DNA of 61,833 bases, the filler included, from Chloroflexota bacterium (GTDB lineage Bacteria > Chloroflexota > Chloroflexia > QHBQ01), in NCBI GenBank assembly GCA_043754535.1. It is 7 parts of 7 records of this genome, joined end to end, with 100 filler letters (N's around TTAATTAATTAA, not from the genome) between each part and the next. Parts side by side here need not be neighbours in the genome. Positions count along the whole stretch, not along the records: positions 14,739 to 29,263 come from JAYUUN010000044.1; positions 29,364 to 34,016 come from JAYUUN010000046.1; 5 more parts are not named here. The stretch is one strand, 5' to 3'. This document shows positions 19,032-29,787 of this stretch, in pieces (position 1 is the stretch's first letter; every line of letters begins with the position of its first letter). Below the pieces are notes generated by a model that saw nothing but the letters and a program-made list of their open reading frames with translations, searched no databases and was not told where the DNA came from. The translations under genes were made by a program, and so were the position numbers.

Positions 19032-20806
19032 CCTACCCGCTCCCTGATCGCGGCCAACTCCTGCTGCACAGCGGCGATCTCTGCCGTAAACTGGCTGACC
19101 TTCGTGTGTTCAGCCCGCACGAAGCGGCTGTAGGGGGCGATAGCTTCACCAATCCGTTCGAGGCTGCGTTGCAGCTCGCTCTCAAAGGTGTCGCTCATCG
19201 CACTGGTTACGCGCAGCCGCAACTGCTCCATCTTTTGGCGAAAATCGTGCTTGGCCTGCCGTCTGCGGTTGGGCAGGATGCCGAGGGCAAGCACGCTGCC
19301 GAGGGTGAGGGCGGTCAGGCCTGTCACGTCCAGAGCCATGATCGCGGTGGATGCGGCCACTGCCCCACCGATCAGCGCGCCACCCGCCGCCAACCCCGTC
19401 TGCGTCACCGCCGAGCGCATAGCGAAAACTAGCTCCTGGCCCTCCGCCGTCTTGTCGAAGCTCCTTACCGCATCGCGGGCCGAGGTCGCCACCGTCTGCA
19501 ACAGTTCGCGGCGGTGATAGTCAAAGCTGCTGGATTCGCCACCGATCTCCTTCTCTCGATCCACCGTCTGGCGGCGGCGATTGAGGTAGGTGTTGACCGA
19601 CTGCCAGATTCGCAACTCCTGCTCTACCAGCCATTCGATCAACTCTTGCACGATGCGATCAATGCGGTCGCTCAAGTCAGAGACCACTTCGCGCTCAAAG
19701 TCCTGGCGGAAGCGATCAGCCTTCATCAAGTCGAACACCTTGCCCAGGCGGATGTTGCGCTCAAAGAAGTCGTCGGCGCGGTCGCGGGTCTCGTAGACGA
19801 TGCTATCAATCTGGCTGAGGCGGTGACTGAAGCTGCGCTCCATGTCCTGGCGATAGACTGCCAGTTGGCGTTCGATGTTCTCAATCGTGCTGAAGTCGCC
19901 TTGCAAGAGGCCGAGGCGTTCGGTCGCCAGCCGCGCATAGCCGCCGCCCACCCGTTCGGCCACACCCAGGGGGCTGAGCAGCTTGAGCCGCAGGCGACTG
20001 GCTTCGTCTAGCGTGCCAAAGATGTAGCCTTCTAGTTTGGCGAAGCCGCTGGCCTCCCACTGCTGCTGATTATGCACTCTGGCGGTTGGGCTATGATCCT
20101 GGGTTGGCTCCTGCCCCTCGCTGGGCCTGGTTCGCGCCTTTTGGGCCAGGCGGGCTGAGACTGGAAAGATTTGGGGGGTGACACCGAGCAGCACGCGGGC
20201 GTTATCTTCGATGAACTCGATCACCCGCCGCAGGTCGGTGGGGTCATCAAACAGGTCGATCTTGTTGAGGATCACCACGATCTTCTTGCCCCAGGCAGTG
20301 ATCTTCTCCAACAGGGCGCGCTCGCTCTCGGTGAAGGGTCGGTCAGAGGAGGTGACGAACAGCACTAGATCGCTGCGCGGCACAAAGCGTTCGGTCAACG
20401 CCTCGTGCTGGCGGATGATCGCGTTGGTACCAGGGGTGTCCACGATGGCGATGTCGCGCAGGAAGTCTGCCGGGTAGGTGCGCTCGATCACCCCGTCGGG
20501 GCGAGCGTGTTCGCTGCGGGTGGAGCCATAGCGCAGCAGGTTGATCATGCTGGTCGTTGGCGTAACCCCCTCCTCCATCAGTTTCTCGCCCACCAGGGCG
20601 TTGACGAAGCTGGACTTGCCACTGTTGAACTCACCGATGATCACCAGGGAGAAAAGCTCGTCCAAATCAGCGGTGGCCTGACGGATCAAGGCAAGATCGT
20701 CTGCCGTCACCTCGAAGTGGCTGAGGGTGTCTAGCAGGCGACCCAGCACGGCCTTCTCTGCGTTGACTAGATCAACCTGCTGCGCGCTCAAGATCGGGTT
20801 GCCCAA
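19028..20806 (-). CDS. Bacterial dynamin-like GTPase
   Basis: GEFNSGKS, PTT, DTPG, NKID motifs; C-terminal hydrophobic hairpin; TTG start after GGAGG. Confidence 0.88.
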   Translation of the reverse strand: MGNPILSAQQVDLVNAEKAVLGRLLDTLSHFEVTADDLALIRQATADLDELFSLVIIGEFNSGKSSFVNALVGEKLMEEGVTPTTSMINLLRYGSTRSEHARPDGVIERTYPADFLRDIAIVDTPGTNAIIRQHEALTERFVPRSDLVLFVTSSDRPFTESERALLEKITAWGKKIVVILNKIDLFDDPTDLRRVIEFIEDNARVLLGVTPQIFPVSARLAQKARTRPSEGQEPTQDHSPTARVHNQQQWEASGFAKLEGYIFGTLDEASRLRLKLLSPLGVAERVGGGYARLATERLGLLQGDFSTIENIERQLAVYRQDMERSFSHRLSQIDSIVYETRDRADDFFERNIRLGKVFDLMKADRFRQDFEREVVSDLSDRIDRIVQELIEWLVEQELRIWQSVNTYLNRRRQTVDREKEIGGESSSFDYHRRELLQTVATSARDAVRSFDKTAEGQELVFAMRSAVTQTGLAAGGALIGGAVAASTAIMALDVTGLTALTLGSVLALGILPNRRRQAKHDFRQKMEQLRLRVTSAMSDTFESELQRSLERIGEAIAPYSRFVRAEHTKVSQFTAEIAAVQQELAAIRERVG

Positions 20807-20930
20807 AAGTGCTTCCTCCGTCGTCGTTGTCCTACTTTGTGTTGCACATTGTATACCACTGGCAGGTGGTGGTAACAAACAGCAGCGAGCAGGCGTGCTG
20901 ACTGCTTCCCCTGCTACCCTGCCCGCTCGT

Positions 20931-23039
20931 TTAGCCGCCCAGCCCCTCGCGTAGGGCCGCCACGATCTGCGCGTTCATGCCTGGCACCGCAAGCAGGTCA
21001 GCATCAGTTGCCTCGCGCACCCCCTTGACGCTGCCAAAGCGGGTGATCAACTCCTTCTTGCGGCGCGGGCCGATCCCCTTGACGCTGTCCAGAGTGCTGG
21101 CGATCTGCGCCTTACCCCGCAGATTGCGGTGGTAGGTGATGGCGAAGCGGTGGGCTTCATCGCGCAGCCGCTGCACGAGGAACAAAGCCTGGCTGTCGCG
21201 GGGTAGGATCACAGGCGTGCTGTCACCGGGCCTGAAGACTTCTTCTTCGCGCTTAGCGATACCGACTATCGCAAGATCGGTCATCTCAAGCTGCTTCAGT
21301 ACCTCGTAAGCGGCGTTTAGCTGGCCCTTGCCGCCGTCTACGACGATCAGATCGGGGAGGACAGCCCAACTGGAGATCGTGGCGGCCTCGGCCTCCTGCC
21401 CCTGCCCACCAGCTTCCTCGTTCAGTTCGTGGCTGCTGTCGGCCAGACGGTCGGCCTCCTCGATTTGTTCGCTGCGCTCAATGCCCTCGGTCTCGTTGAT
21501 GTTGGCGATGCGCGGGTTGTCGCTCTGCTCGTCGCTGAAGCTGGCAACCATCTCCGCCCCCTCGACGCTGGCAGTGATGCTGGCGGTGGCTGGGGCAGTG
21601 GTTTGCGCCTGGGTGCTGGTCAGGCCCAGCTTGCGCCGCTCGGTGGCCGCCCGCTTGAGGCGACGGTAGAGGACTTCCTGCATACTGGCGTAGTCGTCAT
21701 TGCCCGCCACCGTCTTGATCTTGAAACGGCGGTACTCGCTTTTCTTTGGTACGCCGTTCTCGAACACCACCATGCTGGCGACCGAGTTCGTCCCCTGGGT
21801 GTGCGAAATGTCGTAGCACTCCATGCGGAGCGGCCAGGCGGGCAGGCTGAGGGCTTGCTGCAACTCGGTGAGGGCGGTGCTGGCTTTGCGCTCGTCGCTG
21901 AGGAGCTTGACCCGCAACTGCTCAAGAGTCTCGGCGGCGTTCTTGGCAACCAGGTCGACCAACTCGCGCTTCTGCCCCCGGCGTGGTACGCTGATCATCA
22001 CCTTGCTGCCCTTGCGCTGGCGCAACCACTGCTCGATGATCGCCGCCTCGCTGATGTCGTTCTGCAAGAGTAGCTTGGGCGGGATGTAGCTGGCCTCGTC
22101 GTAGAACTGGGTGATGAACTTGCTCATCACCTCCTTGTCGCTCTCGTCCAGCGTCCCTTCCAGAATGAAGTGTTCGCGGCCCAGCAGCTTGCCCTGACGG
22201 ATGAAGAAGACCTGCACGCAGGTTTCGCCGTCTTCGCGGGCAAAGGCAATCACATCCTCGTCGTTTGGCGTGGTGCTGAGAACCTTCTGCTGCTCGACCA
22301 CGCGTTGGAGAGCCAGCATCTGATCGCGCAGGTAGGCGGCGCTCTCGAAGGCTAGCGACTCGGCAGCCGCCTCCATACGCTGGCGCACATCCTTGATGAT
22401 CTGCTCTTGCTTGCCCTCCAAAAACAAAGTCACCTGACTGATCGCCTTATCGTATTCGCCCTTGTCGGCGAGGCTGGCGCAGGGGCCGAGGCAGCGATGG
22501 ATGAAGTATTGCAGGCAGGGGCGGGCAGCCTTGCCGTCGATCTGGATGTCGCAGGTGCGATAGGGAAAGAGCTTGTCCAGCAATTCCAGGGTGCGCCAGG
22601 CCGCCCCAGCCCCGGCGAACGGTCCAAAGTAGAGCGCACCATCGCTCACTTGCTTGCGAGTCTGGAAGACGCGGGGCCACTCCTCGTTGGTCGTCACCTT
22701 GATGTAGGGGTAAGTCTTGTCGTCCTTGAGGCGGATGTTGTACTTGGGTTTGTGCTTCTTGATCAGGTTGTTCTCAAGGATCAGGGCTTCCAGTTCGGTG
22801 TCGGTCAGAATGTACTCGAAGTCGGCAATGTTGCTAACCATCATGGCGACCTTCGGCTGCTGTCCCTTGAGGCTACCAAAGTAGCTCCGCACCCGATTAC
22901 GTAGGGCGACAGCCTTGCCCACATAGATCACATTGCCTTGCACATCCTTCATGATGTAGACACCAGGGGTGAGCGGTAGCGACTTGACCCGCTCCTCCAA
23001 CTGCGCTCGCACGGGATTCTCCGGCTTGTATGCTGCCAT
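20931..23039 (-). CDS. uvrC: Excinuclease ABC subunit C
   Basis: GIY-YIG (PGVY..IYVGKA), ECYDISH, PDLIVVDGGKGQ, RDEAHRFA, C-terminal HhH. Confidence 0.97.
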   Translation of the reverse strand: MAAYKPENPVRAQLEERVKSLPLTPGVYIMKDVQGNVIYVGKAVALRNRVRSYFGSLKGQQPKVAMMVSNIADFEYILTDTELEALILENNLIKKHKPKYNIRLKDDKTYPYIKVTTNEEWPRVFQTRKQVSDGALYFGPFAGAGAAWRTLELLDKLFPYRTCDIQIDGKAARPCLQYFIHRCLGPCASLADKGEYDKAISQVTLFLEGKQEQIIKDVRQRMEAAAESLAFESAAYLRDQMLALQRVVEQQKVLSTTPNDEDVIAFAREDGETCVQVFFIRQGKLLGREHFILEGTLDESDKEVMSKFITQFYDEASYIPPKLLLQNDISEAAIIEQWLRQRKGSKVMISVPRRGQKRELVDLVAKNAAETLEQLRVKLLSDERKASTALTELQQALSLPAWPLRMECYDISHTQGTNSVASMVVFENGVPKKSEYRRFKIKTVAGNDDYASMQEVLYRRLKRAATERRKLGLTSTQAQTTAPATASITASVEGAEMVASFSDEQSDNPRIANINETEGIERSEQIEEADRLADSSHELNEEAGGQGQEAEAATISSWAVLPDLIVVDGGKGQLNAAYEVLKQLEMTDLAIVGIAKREEEVFRPGDSTPVILPRDSQALFLVQRLRDEAHRFAITYHRNLRGKAQIASTLDSVKGIGPRRKKELITRFGSVKGVREATDADLLAVPGMNAQIVAALREGLGG

Positions 23040-23096
23040 AGCTTTGCTTCCACCATTTGCTTGATTTGGGCTGCCAATCGTCTGTTTTCACCTGTT

Positions 23097-23125
23097 ATTA
23101 TAGAACATTAGTGCCAGCCTGTCAA
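23097..23125 (-). promoter_or_regulatory. uvrC promoter with putative LexA box
   Basis: Minus strand TTGACA-17 bp-TATAAT; GAAC-ATTA-GTGC (23103-23114) is a 7/8 match to GAAC-N4-GTTC. Confidence 0.75.
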
Positions 23126-23165
23126 CAATTCCGCACCATTTGGCAGTGCGACAGTCCGTGCTGGC

Positions 23166-23203
23166 AAAAGGAAAGCGGCCCACTCCGCCGGGGAGGGGCC
23201 GCT
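23166..23203 (-). terminator. Terminator of the cyclophilin gene
   Basis: AGCGGCCC...GGGCCGCT hairpin followed by TTCCTTTT on the minus strand. Confidence 0.7.
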
Positions 23204-23220
23204 CTGCTGTAAGTTTGTGG

Positions 23221-24513
23221 CTAGTTCGTGATTGTGCCAGTCGCGGTGATCGGGGCGGGGCTGGCTAGCGGGGTAGTGGCGTTCGCGCCCAATGGGATGC
23301 TGGTCGTCACGCTGCTGCTGCCGCTGACTATGCCAGTGCCGCTGACTACGCCAGTGCCGCTGAGCGGGGTGGTGGCAGTCAGGCTGCCGCTATTAGTGAG
23401 CGGCGTAGTGCCGCTGAGCGGGGTGGTGGCAGTCAAGCTGCCGCTGCTAGTGATCGGGATGGTGCTGCTTACCGTCGCGCTGGCGGCGGGTTTTGCGCCA
23501 GGCACCTTGTCCACTACCTTGATCGTGTAGATCGTGTCGCTAATCGCGATGCGGTCGGCCACGTCCTGCCCGCTAGTCACCTGACCAAAGAGGGTGTAGC
23601 CACCCGTTGGCACTGTACCACTAATCACCGTGTTGAGGAAGCTGAGATTTGCTTCAGGACCAGTGCTGGCCTTAGTGATAAAGAACTGGCTATCGTTGCT
23701 GTACTGCAACTGCGAACGGGCCACGCCGAGGGAGCCGACTTTATAGGGTATCTTGTTCAGTTCGGTGGTGATGTTGCCGCCCCCACCGCCAGTGCCGAGC
23801 GGGTCGTTACCCTGTACTACCCACGACTCGACGCGGTGGAAGATGCGACCGTTGTACTCGCCGCGATTGGCACGCTGCTCGTAATTCTTGACCGTCTCTG
23901 GTGCGGCGTTGGGGTAGAGGTCAGCAACGATTACCCCCTTTGAGGTGTAGATCGTCATCTCCTTGCTGGCAATGCCTTCGCTCACCTCTAGCACTACTGG
24001 GCCAGGCTTGGGCGTGGGGACAGCAGCGACCGGAGCGGTAGTGGGCGGCACGCCGAGGGGATAGGCTACGGTGGGCAGGGGGGTATTGGTTGGTGGTATT
24101 GGCGTGCCAGTAGGGGCAACCGCCGTTTGGGTCGCGTAGTCAGCGGCCTGACGGGTGGTAGCGGCAACCGCGGTGCGGGTGGTATTGTCGCTGGCGACGC
24201 GCTGGTTGTTGGCATTGATCAGTGCAGAGACGATGATGATCGCTAGCACAGCAACAGCAGCGAGAATGCCGAGGGTGACAAGCGTGCGCTGGGCGGCGGC
24301 GGCGGCGGCGCGCTCTGTGGCGCGGCGGCTGGCTTCGCTGGGGGTAGCGACCCCTTGCGCTTTCTTGGAGACTGAACCGACCCGCCCGCCTGTCGAGTTG
24401 CGGCGCAGGGGCTGGCCGCCGGCGGTGGGTTGGCCCTTAGCCACATCCTTGTTGCGCTCGGCGCGGGAGGTATTGTTCGGTTTCCGGGGGCCGTTGGTGG
24501 GATTGCTGCTCAT
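23221..24513 (-). CDS. Membrane-anchored cyclophilin-type peptidyl-prolyl isomerase
   Basis: APETVKN, FHRV..VVQGNDPLGTG, SQFFI, YTLFGQV; TM helix and Thr/Pro linkers. Confidence 0.9.
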   Translation of the reverse strand: MSSNPTNGPRKPNNTSRAERNKDVAKGQPTAGGQPLRRNSTGGRVGSVSKKAQGVATPSEASRRATERAAAAAAQRTLVTLGILAAVAVLAIIIVSALINANNQRVASDNTTRTAVAATTRQAADYATQTAVAPTGTPIPPTNTPLPTVAYPLGVPPTTAPVAAVPTPKPGPVVLEVSEGIASKEMTIYTSKGVIVADLYPNAAPETVKNYEQRANRGEYNGRIFHRVESWVVQGNDPLGTGGGGGNITTELNKIPYKVGSLGVARSQLQYSNDSQFFITKASTGPEANLSFLNTVISGTVPTGGYTLFGQVTSGQDVADRIAISDTIYTIKVVDKVPGAKPAASATVSSTIPITSSGSLTATTPLSGTTPLTNSGSLTATTPLSGTGVVSGTGIVSGSSSVTTSIPLGANATTPLASPAPITATGTITN

Positions 24514-24661
24514 AGGTAGCGGTGTCTCTCATCTTTCTGCTTGGAATACACAATTTGACCCCGCGAGTTTGCGGGGATGCTGGCCTATTCTAATCAGATC
24601 GGGCGACAAAGTCAAGCCGCTATGTCAGAGTTGGCAAAGCTGTACTATCCCCCTATGGGGA

Positions 24662-24706
24662 GCAGCCACTGCCCCTCCCCACCTGCGGGGAAGGGGCAGT
24701 GGCTGC
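24662..24706. terminator. Long GC hairpin downstream of 24716-24967
   Basis: GCAGCCACTGCCCCTCCCC-acctgc-GGGGAAGGGGCAGTGGCTGC. Confidence 0.55.
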
Positions 24707-24715
24707 AGCCTGAGC

Positions 24716-24967
24716 TTAGTGTGCGCTACCATCACCGCCGAGGACTACTTCGGCGGTCACGCTGGTTGCGCCGTTGTCCATCAGCATCTTCTGCGCCTCC
24801 TTAGCCCGGCCCGCAGCGACTACGCGCACGAAGGTGTCACCCATCGCGCTTGTGATTTGACCGTCGCTACCCACATCGCCGAGGTCTGCTGTAAAGCCAG
24901 CCCTGCGTAGTTCCTTGACGGCATCACGCGCGCCGTCGGTCTCCTGAAACACTGCGACGAGCATCAT
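24716..24967 (-). CDS. Small protein, general-stress/ferredoxin-like fold
   Basis: VAVF..ARDAVKELRRAGF ... AQKMLMDNGA pattern. Confidence 0.6.
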   Translation of the reverse strand: MMLVAVFQETDGARDAVKELRRAGFTADLGDVGSDGQITSAMGDTFVRVVAAGRAKEAQKMLMDNGATSVTAEVVLGGDGSAH

Positions 24968-25149
24968 CTCGCCACTGCCGCTGCTATTGTCGTTAGCCAA
25001 CTTGCTGCTCCTTTTCCTCGCTGCTGCAACCACCTTGCTATCCCGTTGACGGCAGGTGGCTAGCACCTTCTGCGAGGGTTAGCGCAACTCGCGTGCCAGC
25101 GATTGCCAGGGTTGGTCAACCGCTTACATCAGCCAGGGCTCGCCACGAT

Positions 25150-25662
25150 CCTGCCCATCGCGCTGCCCCTCCTCCCAGTCGAAGTCAGTGATGACCCAAC
25201 CTGCGCCCACCGAATCAGGACGGTTGCAGTGCCGGTCTGGGAGGTGCCGCAGGTCAAGCAGCCAGAGGTTGCCGACGACCCCAACCTAAGTGGGCTAGTG
25301 CTGGACATGGAGCAACTGGCGAAGCTAACCGGCGACGATCTGATCGCCGCCCTCAACCCACTGGCCGCCTACGCCGCATGGATAGAACGACGAGCCGAGC
25401 GCAGCCGTGAGGATGACGATCTCTGGCCGCCCATGCCGAGGCCGCCACGAAGGTGCTGACCGACTGCCGCCATGCCCTCAAGCGGATGCGTGAAGGTATT
25501 ACGCTGCTGACCAGTGACCCGCAAGCCGTCGCCGCATTTAGCTTCATGAACGAGGCTATGTGGCAGCAGCACGTCCACAGCCTGCTTAGCGAGCTGAGCG
25601 ACTTTGCCCCCCAGCACCATAGCTGGCGACCGTTCCAGCTAGCCTTCATCCTGCTCAACCTA
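25150..25662 (+). pseudogene. Internal fragment of a DISARM DrmA-like helicase
   Basis: LVLDMEQLA, YAAWI, RMREGITLL..AFSFMNEAM, WRPFQLAFILLNL; frameshifted and cut before Walker A. Confidence 0.7.
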
Positions 25663-25869
25663 TCCCCGCCGCAGCAGCTTCGTCCAGCGCGGTGTCAGCC
25701 ACATCGAGAAGCCGCTGACCGTGATTAGCGGCAGGATTAGGAATTGCAGCACGCCGCGATAAACTTCGTTGTCGCCAAGTGGGGCGTAGAAGTAGAGGAC
25801 GATAAGCAAGCCCTCGAACAGATGGGCGTAGCGCAGATAGGTGCGGATGGTACGATTGGTGATGTTCAT
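25660..25869 (-). CDS. Small two-TM membrane protein
   Basis: RBS AAAGGA; two hydrophobic helices. Confidence 0.65.
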   Translation of the reverse strand: MNITNRTIRTYLRYAHLFEGLLIVLYFYAPLGDNEVYRGVLQFLILPLITVSGFSMWLTPRWTKLLRRG

Positions 25870-25886
25870 TAAGCGTTCCTTTCAAC

Positions 25887-26342
25887 TTACCAGCGACCAG
25901 CGACTAGCCGCGCTCGAATTGCGAGGCCGATCAGCACCAGCAGGCTGATGATCAAGCTGATCAGGATAAAAACGGCTAGCACCGCGCCAAAATTGTTCGG
26001 CTCATGTGGATGATAAACTTCGTGCAGCGGTTCAATCGCCCAGGGCGAGATGTGGATGACAGATACGAGGATAAAGCCTCCGATGGCAATGAACAGCGCA
26101 TAACCGGCAGCCAGATGACCGCGCAGGAGCAGGAACACGTCGGATAGGGCGAGAGGATAGATCAGCAGGCTGAAGGTGAAGGCATTGATGTCGGGGGTTA
26201 GCGGCCAGCCGATGTGGTTGCCGCGGATTACGTGGTCAATGTGGTGCAGTACGCTGAATGTGATAGCGACGAACGAGGTGATCAACAGATCGCGTCGCAA
26301 GGTTGCTTCAGCAGGTGAGTTGGCGACGGTGAGGCTGCTCAT
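25887..26342 (-). CDS. Four-TM membrane protein with conserved His motif
   Basis: RBS AAGGAG; HHIDHVIRGNH.GWP motif. Confidence 0.7.
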   Translation of the reverse strand: MSSLTVANSPAEATLRRDLLITSFVAITFSVLHHIDHVIRGNHIGWPLTPDINAFTFSLLIYPLALSDVFLLLRGHLAAGYALFIAIGGFILVSVIHISPWAIEPLHEVYHPHEPNNFGAVLAVFILISLIISLLVLIGLAIRARLVAGRW

Positions 26343-26357
26343 CAGGGTAATCTCCTT

Positions 26358-26800
26358 CTACTTTTCTAACGCCGTTCTGCTGACTGGCTGCTTTAGTTCA
26401 GCTCCCACGTCAGCGTCAGTCAGCACAGCGGCACTCGCCTCAGCAACGCCGCGACTTGCCAGGTAGGTGCAGGCGCGTTCCAGTGGCTCCGGGTCGAGGT
26501 AGGCGTGGATTTCGACTGCCTTGCCCTAGCACAGGCGGATCATGTGGCTGCCGTTCAGCTGGTAGTCGTAGCCGCCCGGTAGCGTCGTGTGGTCGCTCCA
26601 CTCAATCATTGTCGCCGTGTCCCAGGGCCAGCCTGAAGCTGCTACCCGCTTGACCTTAAACTGCAAGCTGGGGAGAAGCCACTCTAGCCGTCCGAACCAT
26701 TGGCGTAGGGCGGCGGTTGATTGCCGTTCGCCGCCCAGCGGGTGCTTGCTGGGAAGGACGTGGTAGACATCGGGCCTGCACTGACTAATCAGCGCATCGT
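26358..26800 (-). pseudogene. NTF2/SnoaL-like protein with internal TAG and lost 5' end
   Basis: HPLGGER, GWPWDT..IEW.D, HMIRLC*GKAVEIHAYLD. Confidence 0.7.
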
Positions 26801-26977
26801 AACTAACCCCGGCTGAGGTTGCGGAACACACCCCGCATGATCTGCCGCACAACAAAATGGTACATGACAAACATCCTACATCAAAATCAATCAAAGACAG
26901 CAGTAATGGTTGGTTTCGGCTGTAGCCGCGGCGTATGTCTATAAGCCCCTACGGTATACGCTACAACTTAGGCAAAA

Positions 26978-27649
26978 ATGGCGTTTGTCAAGCCCAATTT
27001 AGCGGCCAAAGTGGGCAAGTACGCGGGCAAGATAGGCGCGTGGGCGAACGCCCAGCTAGAACGGCGTTTGACCGCCACACCTACCGCCAACCGCCCCACC
27101 GATGCCGCCGTCTATACTTATGCGCCACCTACATACGCCGCCCCGACCGCCACTCCAATCACGCTGACTGAGGTACGCAGGCGGGTTAACTTCCCGGTGT
27201 ACGTACCGAGCTACATACCGGTCGAACTCACCCCTGAGCCAGTCAGCCTGTCGCGAGATAGCTCTGTGGATTGGCTGGTGGAGCTTTAGTACCATGGTGC
27301 GGCAGGTTGGACAGTGCTACGGATCAGCATGGGTAAAGGAGGGAACAGTATAGCGGCACGGCGCAACTATGTGGCACAAGGCGAAGGGATGCAACTACCA
27401 AACGGCATCACCGCGCACTACAACGGCGGCACTGCGTTCTGCAACCTTGATCAGCAGCTAGCGTGGGAGCAGGATGGCACCTTTATCATGATCCTGGGGC
27501 AGCCACCTCAAGTAGGAAGCTGGCTGTTCAGCAAGGAAGAACTGGTGAAGATAGCGGCCTCAATGTCCAGCACTGGGGAGCTAGGCCATACTGCCTACCC
27601 TACCAGCCAAATGCCCCGGCCTATACCAAGTTCGACAAGCTGCCAGTAG
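26978..27649 (+). pseudogene. Exported protein (DUF4367-like) split by an in-frame TAG at 27287
   Basis: Both ORFs share one frame; FPVYVPSYIP ... LAWEQDG ... SKEELVKIAASM. Confidence 0.6.
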
Positions 27650-27939
27650 CAGCAAGGCACCACTACCTCTGTGGTCAACAGATGAGAAGCGGCGCAACAA
27701 ATCGCAGACCGCAAGATGCTAGCTGCTAGAGGGTAGGAAGTCCACCCATAGTGTCCTGTCCACAACAAGAGGTAGGAACTTCCTGACAAACAACCGCCAG
27801 CAGTACAGTTTGCCGCTAGGTTGTTTGTTGGCTATTCGGTAAACGGTTGGTAAACAACTGGCAAAAGGTCGGCAGCCGCTACCAAAAAGGGGCTGCTTTG
27901 TGTCTACCAGCACCCCAACATATATGCAGTTGCAGGGTT

Positions 27940-28718
27940 CTGGAAGTGCTAGCTGTTGGCTTGACTACGCTACCAATTGTAGACACGTCACCTTCACCAG
28001 CGACCGCGACGGCTACAACCACCGCCAGTCTGGCCATCAGCGGTACTGCCACGCCTAGCCGTACCCCGAGGCCGACCAACACCCCTCGACCAGCCTTCAG
28101 CCCGACAGCTTGCTCGCTCAGCTTCACCGATGTGCTAACCAGCAGTATCTTCTACGCTGACATCCAGTTCCTCGTTTGCCAGGGGATCGTGGCTGGCTAC
28201 CCTAATGCTGACGGTACCTCCCGCTTCGAGCCGAATGCCGCTACTACAAGGGGTCAGTTCGCCAAGATCGCGGTACTCTCCTTTGGACTGCCCATTGTCG
28301 GTCCCTACTATGCCACCTTCAGCGATGTGGATGGCAGTAACCTACTCTACAGCTTCATCGAGAGTGCCGCCTACGCTGGAGCGATCAGTGGTTACCCAGC
28401 CGCAGAATGTGGTGGTGGTACACCAATCCCCAGCAAACCATGCTACCGACCTAATGAGCCAGTCAGCCGTGCTCAGGTAGCGGTGATCACCCAGCGCGCT
28501 AGCCGCTACGCGCTACTAACCCCCACCACAGCCAGCTTCCAGGACGTGCCAGTAGGCAGCTTTGGCTACCAGGCGGTAGAGACGTTGGTACACGCGGGAT
28601 CATCAGTGGGGCAGCCTGCTCTGGTACCAGCAGGCCACTCTGCTTCCGACCCAATGACTTCAGCAAGCGTGGCGAGTTGAGCAAGTTGGTACGACGAGCC
28701 ATTAGCGTGCTACCTTAA
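27940..28718 (+). pseudogene. SLH-domain protein remnant, frameshift near 28600
   Basis: CSLSFTDV..FYADIQFLVCQGIV, RGQFAK; tail CFRPNDFSKRGELSKLVRRAI in a shifted frame; start coordinate approximate. Confidence 0.75.
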
Positions 28719-28843
28719 GCGGTACCCTGCTGAGAAGGTTGTAAGGTAACGATAATGCAGTTTAGTTCTATCATCTTCGTAGAATAAGCTCAGGTCATGC
28801 CGAACTGTCATTCAGAACCAGGCCGCATAGAGGAGGGCTAAAG

Positions 28844-29059
28844 ATGAAGAAGTGCAGCGAATGTGAACTACCCCTGCCAGAAACGGCGTTCCCGGTACTG
28901 CGAACTGTCATCCTCAAGCGCACAGGCGCGATCAGGCAGTATCGTCACAGCTATTGTGGTAACTGCCTAAAGCAGTACAACCGCCGTTGGCAGCGGGAGG
29001 TCAAACCAGGGCTAAGAAAGGGGGATCCAGCACCGCTACTACCAGGCACGTCACAGTAG
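28844..29059 (+). CDS. Small Cys-rich Zn-finger-like protein
   Basis: RBS GAGGAGG; KKCSEC...F...SYCGNC, like the N-termini of HNH/EndoVII proteins. Confidence 0.55.
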   Translation: MKKCSECELPLPETAFPVLRTVILKRTGAIRQYRHSYCGNCLKQYNRRWQREVKPGLRKGDPAPLLPGTSQ

Positions 29060-29363
29060 CGGTGGATAAAGGCAGCTTGGCCTCGCTACCTTCCTCCTCT
29101 TGCCGATTCACCTTGACCCGCTGGTTGCACTTTGATAGACTAAGCTGAGTAGTGCTATGATAGCTCTGGTTTAGAAGTTCAGCGGCAGTTTTGTCCAGGC
29201 TTTGCCCTACCGCAGGCAAAATCAGATAATTGGCTAGCGGTAGCTAGAGATGCCAACATGAGTNNNNNNNNNNNNNNNNNNNNNNNNNNNNNNNNNNNNN
29301 NNNNNNNTTAATTAATTAANNNNNNNNNNNNNNNNNNNNNNNNNNNNNNNNNNNNNNNNNNNN

Positions 29364-29776
29364 GTGGGGGTGGACTGGTCAATCTTTAGCCTCTCGTTAC
29401 CCTCAGCACGGGGGATGCCTTGCAGCACATTGTTGCGACCAAAGACCAAGCAGACTTCGCAGGCTGGGTCGTTGCACATATGGATGCGGATTGGTTCGCG
29501 GGTCGGGCCACCGGCAACGACCTGCACCATGTTGGCAAGCGTCGTCTTGCCCCGTGCGCGTTCAACCAACGCCCGCATCTTGCCCTTGAGCGACGAGCCG
29601 GGGACGTATGGCTGGTTGGTGAGCCGGTCGCGGATCACGATCTTGTCTACGCCACCGATGTCCATACCGCCCTGCGACCCGCCGATGTGAAGGCCGGTGC
29701 GGGCAACCAAGTGGCCGCTGATAACCACCTTACCATAGAAGTTGAGATCGGGGGGGTTAGGTTGCTGACCTTGCAT
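29364..29776 (-). CDS. csm3: Type III-A Csm3 (Cas7 group), 3' truncated by the contig end
   Basis: TGLHIGG, GGVD..VIRD, PYVPGSSLKGKMR, C..C..FG. Confidence 0.92.
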
Positions 29777-29787
29777 GGGGATTGCTC

